A stretch of DNA of 57,130 nt, filler included, from Bipalium vagum (taxonomy: Eukaryota): the NCBI GenBank assembly GCA_037834085.1. It is 3 parts of 3 records of this genome, joined end to end, with 100 filler letters (N's around TTAATTAATTAA, not from the genome) between each part and the next. Parts side by side here need not be neighbours in the genome. Positions count along the whole stretch, not along the records: positions 36,678 to 57,130 come from JBBMKC010252856.1; 2 more parts are not named here. One strand, written 5' to 3'. Of the stretch, positions 51,213 through 57,130 are shown piece after piece. Every line of letters begins with the position of its first letter. The first letter of the stretch is position 1. A program made the translations under genes and the position numbers. The notes under the pieces are model-generated. The model did not search any database. It was given only the letters and a program-made list of their open reading frames with translations, and was not told where the DNA came from.

Positions 51213-52415
51213 TACTGTGTGCCAAAATTATCTTCCACTTAGAAAAATGATTAAAAACACAATAATTTGAAATTAACAATTCCTATTAAGTTAACCTTGT
51301 TAAAAACAAACAGAAATGACAACAAAACATTTATAGAAAAAAAATGTCCACCATTCTTTTCCGCAATTCGGTATGGTATACTTTCTAACAAAGACTTGAC
51401 TGTTTCAAAAGGAATTAAGTTCCACTGCTCTTTCAGTCGATGTTTTAAAGATTCCAGGGAGGCAAGTGGTACTGCATACTCCATTTGCAATCTCGAAGTA
51501 AATCCAACAAATGCTATACAATGGAGAAAGAGTATTTATGTTATTTCTCTTAAAAGTAACTATGACAACTTTACAAACATGAGAACATGTGTTGTCATAC
51601 TCGAACTGTTATTGTTTCATTAAATGTACGACGTTTTTCTCAATGAATTCACCATTCAAAGTCCCACAAATCATTATAAAATGGTTTAATTGTTGAGAAT
51701 ACATCTGTGGTGTTGTACGATGCAATAATACAAAAATCGTTCTGTAATTTGCCGTCTGACTCGAAATCTTTCATGATACATATCTAAGTAAAAATGTGAT
51801 TCGTTGCTCAAAACCACTTTCTGCCAACTTTCATTAGACAAATTAAGTTTTTCATTGCACAAAATTAGGTGGTTAGAACGATTTATTGGTTTCAATGAAA
51901 TTATGATAATCGGTCGAAATGAACGAAAACCTAACTGCGTGGCATGGCGTTGTAAACTGAGAGATAGACTTTTAAAGCTAAGTTTTGCTGTTCTTGAAGC
52001 GTGTAAGTCTTGAATCGAGATTGCGTAATAGAATGAAAAATTGTTTTGTCCATGTGCTCAGTATGAAGAATATGTCACCCTCGACCTTCTTTGCGTCCAA
52101 TATTCAAAATATCTTGCCATCTATTCCACCAATATGCTACAGTTTTGTGGTCCCTTCACAGCCAGTGTACAACCTTGCGCTGGGAGAATTTAACTCCAAG
52201 CATTCCTGCAATTCTTCCTTTTTCAAAATGACTAAGCTCATGGTAAGCAATATTAGTTATTTTATACTATATAGAAATCCACATGATTATGAAATCCATA
52301 TACATTACCTATATATAAATTATGATGTCTGGGGCAACAAAACTTCATTATAACTATCAAATGAATGCTTTTATTAGTTGTTTTCAAGGTTGGGAGATAA
52401 TTTGCGTGCGTAGTA
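51213..52415 (-). mobile_element. Degenerate Tc1-type element with both TIRs (intronic)
   Basis: TA-flanked TIRs TACTGTGTGCCAAAATTATCTTCCAC / GTTGGGAGATAATTTGCGTGCGTAGTA. Motifs WQKVVLSNESHF and LLESIPYRI..KNGGH. Confidence 0.85.
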
Positions 52416-52846
52416 TATTTTCAGTTAAAATTATCAATGTCCTGGAATTATTTAATATTTTAATAATTATATATTGATTAACAACTAATAATGGATATTG
52501 ATTATTTAAATTAACTTAACTTATTAATTATAATTAATATTAATTAAATGAACTTAATATTTAATGAATGTCGTCATTTTGTATTTCCTATCGAAAATTT
52601 ATCAGAATTTGTAAGGAAAACTGTTTCCAAGAAAAATTCTGTATTGATGAAAATGCAATATTTATTTCAAACATGTAAACCATCATTTTATTAATGCTTT
52701 TCCACAATGACATTCTGAAATATGTCGTCATTTTCTAAACCTTTTAAAGTTCAATTATGACTTGTTAATTGAAAGGGAAAAGATTTTGATGATATCAATT
52801 CCTCGGTGTGTTAAGTTGATCGTGTTTTGTTAACTAAATGTCACAG

Positions 52847-53027
52847 GTCTGCTGGATATTTTGATCACTTGTACTATCCGTATATCGGTCAGCCTGGATA
52901 TTTGTCGCCGATTGTCGCCGTCCAATTCATGAGTCCGAAGAAGTATACGCTGATAATGGTGTCGTGCAAGTTCATCAACGTTCGGTTTCAAGTGGATCAA
53001 CTCAAATTCGAATTGCTTGTGGATTGA
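52847..53027 (+). CDS. ATP1B: Na+/K+-ATPase beta subunit, exon 6 (last)
   Basis: acag|G TCT...TGA. YYPYIGQPGYLSPIVAVQF...KFELLVD*. The six exons sum to 879 nt = 292 aa + stop. Confidence 0.95.
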
Positions 53028-55559
53028 TGAAATTATTAGTTTTTCTGCTTTTGATGACAAGCCTCAAAATTATTTAACAATTATTAATAATACTAGTCAT
53101 ATTAATTCATAGAATAGTAAAACGTAGTATGAGATTTGTTTGGTATTTTCTATAAACCTATTCTGATAGAGAACTGACAATTTTAGTCTGTATTTTGTAA
53201 CGATTATCTTGTTGAAATAATGAGCTTTTGAAGACTGTGCAATGCATTTATAATGGGTGATGTTTAACAGTGGAAAACCGTTTTCTCAAAGAAATCTTGT
53301 TAGTGCCTCAAGAAGTTTATGATTTTTAATATTTGCGAAGGGCAAGCGCTGTTTTAGAGATTCCTTTTCATATAGTTTATAATGGTGGCTTTAATATGTC
53401 AGCAAAATATGTGTTAATTTTTTTATTTATTTTGTTCTATAGTGGTTTGTTGTTAACAACTGTTATGTTTCTGTCAGAGAATAATATTTTTGCCATGCAA
53501 TATTGTTTTAATAAGTTGCACATGTAAAATTTTTTAATAGTACACTTTGTTGGGACAGGTTCAATCAATATAGCTTTTGTGGAAAAGGACTTAATTTTTC
53601 TGTTATTTAGAATTGCTGTAGCATTATTATCGTGACATTATAACCAGGTAGAATAGTATTGCGTTGTCTGTTTTGGAAGTTAGTGGTCTTGAAATTCGTT
53701 TTCTGCGGTGATATTGATAGCTCACTTTTAGAGATCTTGATTGTATCAAGTCTGTTCAGTTTGTTGGTTAGATAAATGACAAGTTTAATTGAAAATAAAA
53801 CTTTTTCTTAATTGCTTTGTCGATGATTTTGAAGATAATAATTGTTAGTTGAAAATAATAAAACCTATTAAAAATTTTGATTAAGAAAGTAAAGTTGTGT
53901 GTTTTATTTTTCATTTGCATTGTTGAAAGATAATTATGAGTCTATTAATATCCCATCTAAAATTCTGTGAAATTTTTGCAATTTCTCTATTTTTTATTAT
54001 GCTTTTTGTTTAGAAAATGGATATTGAAAAATTGTTTACTTAGCGCTACTATTTTGATTTTTGTAATTAATTTGACATTTATTTTCAGATATTTCATAAT
54101 TCAGAATGTACTATTCTGAATGTGTAGGTATGATAAATGTTTCAGTTATTTATAAAAATATTGGCGTCATATTCAGTTTTCAGATATCTTTAAAAGTTTA
54201 TTTTTGTTTTAATCCACCCATCTGAAGTGGGATATTTAAAATCTGAACATATTAAATATGAAATGAATGTCGAATTAATCTTTAAGCTTTTACTAATTCC
54301 TCGATAATTGAAGTTAACATCTGAAATTCAGATTGGCATTTTCTTAATTTTTGTCAAGCTCTATTACCAAAATTTGACTGCGTTATGAAAATAATTTATT
54401 GAAAGTTTATTTCCTTGGAATAATCTAAAGTAGTAAATTTTTATTTAAAATATAAAATATTTAAATTGCTTTTATTTAATTTTGAGCAATTTCTGTTGAT
54501 TTAATCGCACCAATTGTTGACCCTGTACAGATTTGACTTATGGTTAAACCATCATAAATTTTTAAATTAAAAAATATTACTTAGAAAAGCCTAAGAAGTC
54601 GAAAGATTTTGCTTGGTGTTTCATATTTGACTTAAACTGATACATGATTTCCTTTCTGCTTATAATTAATTGATTTAGTATACTTGAGGTGCTTGAAGAA
54701 CTTTTGTTTAAATTAACTATTTGAATCAATTAACTAACATTTTCAAATCTAATTTTAAATGAACTAGAATGTTAAAGTAAGATAATTGAGATTTTTCCAT
54801 CCATATATGAATTGAAGACAATTTTCTTCGTTGAAAGCCAGTGTATCAAATTTTTGTAGGATCGAAATATTTTTAAAAATTCTGTCAATTTTTTGCAACA
54901 CTTAATAAATATACATAATTTTTTAGTAATTTAATTTTATTTCTCTTATCAAAATCATGGTCATTTAAAGAAAAAACTTCATCTTCATCGGAAGACATAA
55001 TCGTTTCTACCGCCTCGGTAGAAATTAAGTAATCGACATTGACAACAGAAGATTTCCAAAATTCAACGTCTTTCTCAATAACCTTTTTAATTGTAGCAAA
55101 AGTTTTCTTAAAATAATGTGAAATAGGTGGTAATCTAAATCTTGGATATTGGTAGGCTAGTTTATAAATGTTTATTGAAAAATAGAAATAGGCTTTACTA
55201 ACAGGTAAACCTTCATAATTAGAAGTTTTATATGTTGTTTTATTTTATTTAAATATTCCAGAAAATTATCCATTTTATAAAAGAATAATTTTAATTTATT
55301 AAATTGCCATACCAAATTACTATAACTAATTTATTTATTTATTCTTTTGTTTCAATCAGAAAGTTTATCGTTTTTAAAACTGTTATTTTTATTCATACAT
55401 GGAGTAATAGCTTCATTATTACTGTCTTTTTATAAGATAATGATAATGAATTAATTATTTTAAAAAATTATTAAAGATTTTCATTTCTTTTTCATATTTC
55501 TTTAAAAAATATTTTGCTTTAATTTCTTGAAATATGTATTGCCAATAATCTACTTTATT

Positions 55560-56063
55560 ATAAAATCAATTCTAATTTTTTTTTCTGTATCAGTGGAATC
55601 AGCACTGGGCTCAAAATTATAGGTTTCAAAATCAGCAATATAAAAGATGACAGTTTATTGATAAAATAGTAATTCTCATATTCACAATGTTCTTTTTGTG
55701 TAATGATGCTTTTGCTTCATTATGCTCTTGACATAATCGGATATGTTTGCTTAAAAAGGATTGTAAAAGATAAGAATTTAAACACTTTAAGCATAGATGA
55801 TTACTACATGTGTATTATTAGCGAATATTTTCATGTTTCTACATAAGACGTAATGACTTTTATATGTTAATAAGTTACACCTAAGGTCATCAATATTATG
55901 TTTACATTAAAATGTTCTTGATATAAAGAAAGAATTGGTTTACTTTCATTAATCATTTCAAGTATATTTAAATAATATTATTTTGTTTATTAAATTTTTC
56001 AACATCTTCTATTTTTATAGGAAATTGAATATTAATTTAATTTAATTCATTTTATTAGGTCTA
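55560..56063 (-). pseudogene. Polinton/Maverick-type protein-primed PolB fragment
   Basis: Broken frames NIQFPIKIEDVEKFNKQNN, NLLTYK/SHYVLCRN, CLKCLN...LSKHIRLC and an Exo I-like YIADFET. Confidence 0.75.
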
Positions 56064-56304
56064 AGTAGTAGGGAAAAACAAACTTTGAGGACAGGACCCC
56101 AAAATTAAAAAATATTTTTTTCGTGTTTTTGAGCTCGTTCGCTCACTCTTTTTTTTCAAAAACACACCCTATTAAAATCCCCCTTTTTGCTATTTTTTCT
56201 AAAAAAATAAATAATAGGGGCACGCTCACTCACTCAAAAAGACGAAAAAAAATATTTTTTTAATTTTCAGTTTCTTTTCTCAAATTATGGTTTTCCACAC
56301 TACT
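56064..56304. repeat. 241-bp fold-back with AGTAGT...ACTACT ends (Polinton-type termini)
   Basis: ~70-bp imperfect inverted arms (56064-56133 vs 56233-56304), plus an inner CCCTATTA/TAATAGGG inverted repeat. Confidence 0.75.
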
Positions 56305-56940
56305 CTCTTTTTCTTACTCTTTTTCTTTACTTTTTCAAATACTAAAAATACTAAAAAATCATAAAAAAATAAAATACTATAAAAACTAGATCCTATTTAA
56401 AATAGGATCTTCTTTTAAAAAATAATATTTGAAACTAGGGGTTATTTTAAATAGTACCTTCTTTTAAATATATAGATATAAAATAAAAAATAAAATAAAA
56501 AAAATTTTTTTTTTAAAAATGAACTCAACTTATTTTGATATTTGTGAAAAAAGATTGAAATACACTTGCAGAATTAATTTATCATAAAAAATCTAAATCA
56601 CATTTAGGAAAATTAAATAATGTTCAACCACCAAATAAACAATGTAATTTTTGTGGTGATATTTTTAGAACAGTTTCTGCAAGAATTTCTCATGAAAAAT
56701 ATTGTGGGAATAATCCAAATAATTTAGATGTTCAAAATAATCAACTACAACAAATTTCTCAACAAAATTTAAATAATTATAATAATGAAAATAGTATTAC
56801 ACTTCAAGATAGATTTTATAATTCTTCAAAAAACTATTTAATTTCCAAACAAGTTTATGAAGGAAATGATGTTAGAGATTATTTAAGTAATTTTTTTACA
56901 AAAATTAAAGAATCAATGTTTAATTATATTCAAGATGGAA

Positions 56941-57054
56941 TGTGAGATATATTGAAAATTAGTCGGGGGATGTAGCTCAGCGGTCAGAGTAGTGCTTGCG
57001 CATGTGAAGGTTCCGGATTCGAATCCCGGTATCTCCGATTAATTTTCACTAACA
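56941..57054 (+). mobile_element. tRNA(Ala)-like-containing TG...CA element (putative TRIM solo LTR), 114 bp, 5-bp TSD
   Basis: TGGAA|TGTGAG...CTAACA|TGGAA; tRNA-like core at 56966-57037. Confidence 0.88.
56966..57037 (+). pseudogene. tRNA-Ala-derived sequence (Pol III A and B boxes), anticodon stem disrupted
   Basis: GGGGATG-TA-GCTCAGCGGTCAGAGT...CGC...CCGGATTCGAATCCCGG-TATCTCC. Acceptor, D and T arms can form; the anticodon stem GTGCT/GTGAA does not pair. Confidence 0.8.
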
Positions 57055-57130
57055 TGGAAGATTTTTTAAACCATTTAAATTTTCATTAAACTTAAATATT
57101 AAATTTTTTCATCCAACTGATTCAGAATAT

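Larger units (their letters stand above)
56519..57130 (+). pseudogene. Polinton-type pPolB N-terminus with zinc fingers, interrupted by the 114-bp insertion and running off the window
   Basis: MNSTYFDICEK..(frameshift)..LIYHKKSKSH, then CNFCGDIFRTVSARISHEKYC. The frame continues IQDG|RFFKPFKFSLNLNIKF once 56941-57059 is removed. Family assignment is inferred from motifs and context. Confidence 0.6.

Noticed and set aside
56966-57037. Functional tRNA-Ala(CGC) gene
   Set aside because: The anticodon stem does not pair, the T stem has a mismatch, and the sequence lies inside a TSD-flanked insertion that has a second decayed copy.

Overview
AT-rich invertebrate (probably flatworm-like; inference) nuclear DNA. 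It consists of three segments joined by artificial 100-bp linkers (N44-TTAATTAATTAA-N44 at 15510-15609 and 36578-36677), so the segments need not be genomic neighbours. Host genes reconstructed from splice signals: three ankyrin-repeat exons (- strand, 2060-2574, absent from the ORF track), the 3' four exons of eukaryotic elongation factor 2 kinase (19886-34213; kinase exons not in the window), and a complete six-exon Na+/K+-ATPase beta subunit (40118-53027, 292 aa). The rest is mostly decayed transposons: many Tc1/mariner copies and MITEs, hAT remnants, a zinc-finger plus Ulp1-protease (NeSL-like) retroelement head, an RLE-type non-LTR tail, and Polinton/Maverick pPolB pieces around an AGTAGT...ACTACT fold-back. 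The best candidate for something new is a 114-bp TG...CA element with a tRNA(Ala)-like Pol III core and 5-bp target-site duplications. It is present twice (56941-57054 and 16806-16896), each time interrupting another transposon's ORF, and looks like the solo LTR of a tRNA-carrying TRIM. Second is a structured leader with compensatory base changes and mutually exclusive pairings, shared by two diverged copies (5052-5141 +, 35985-36073 -).
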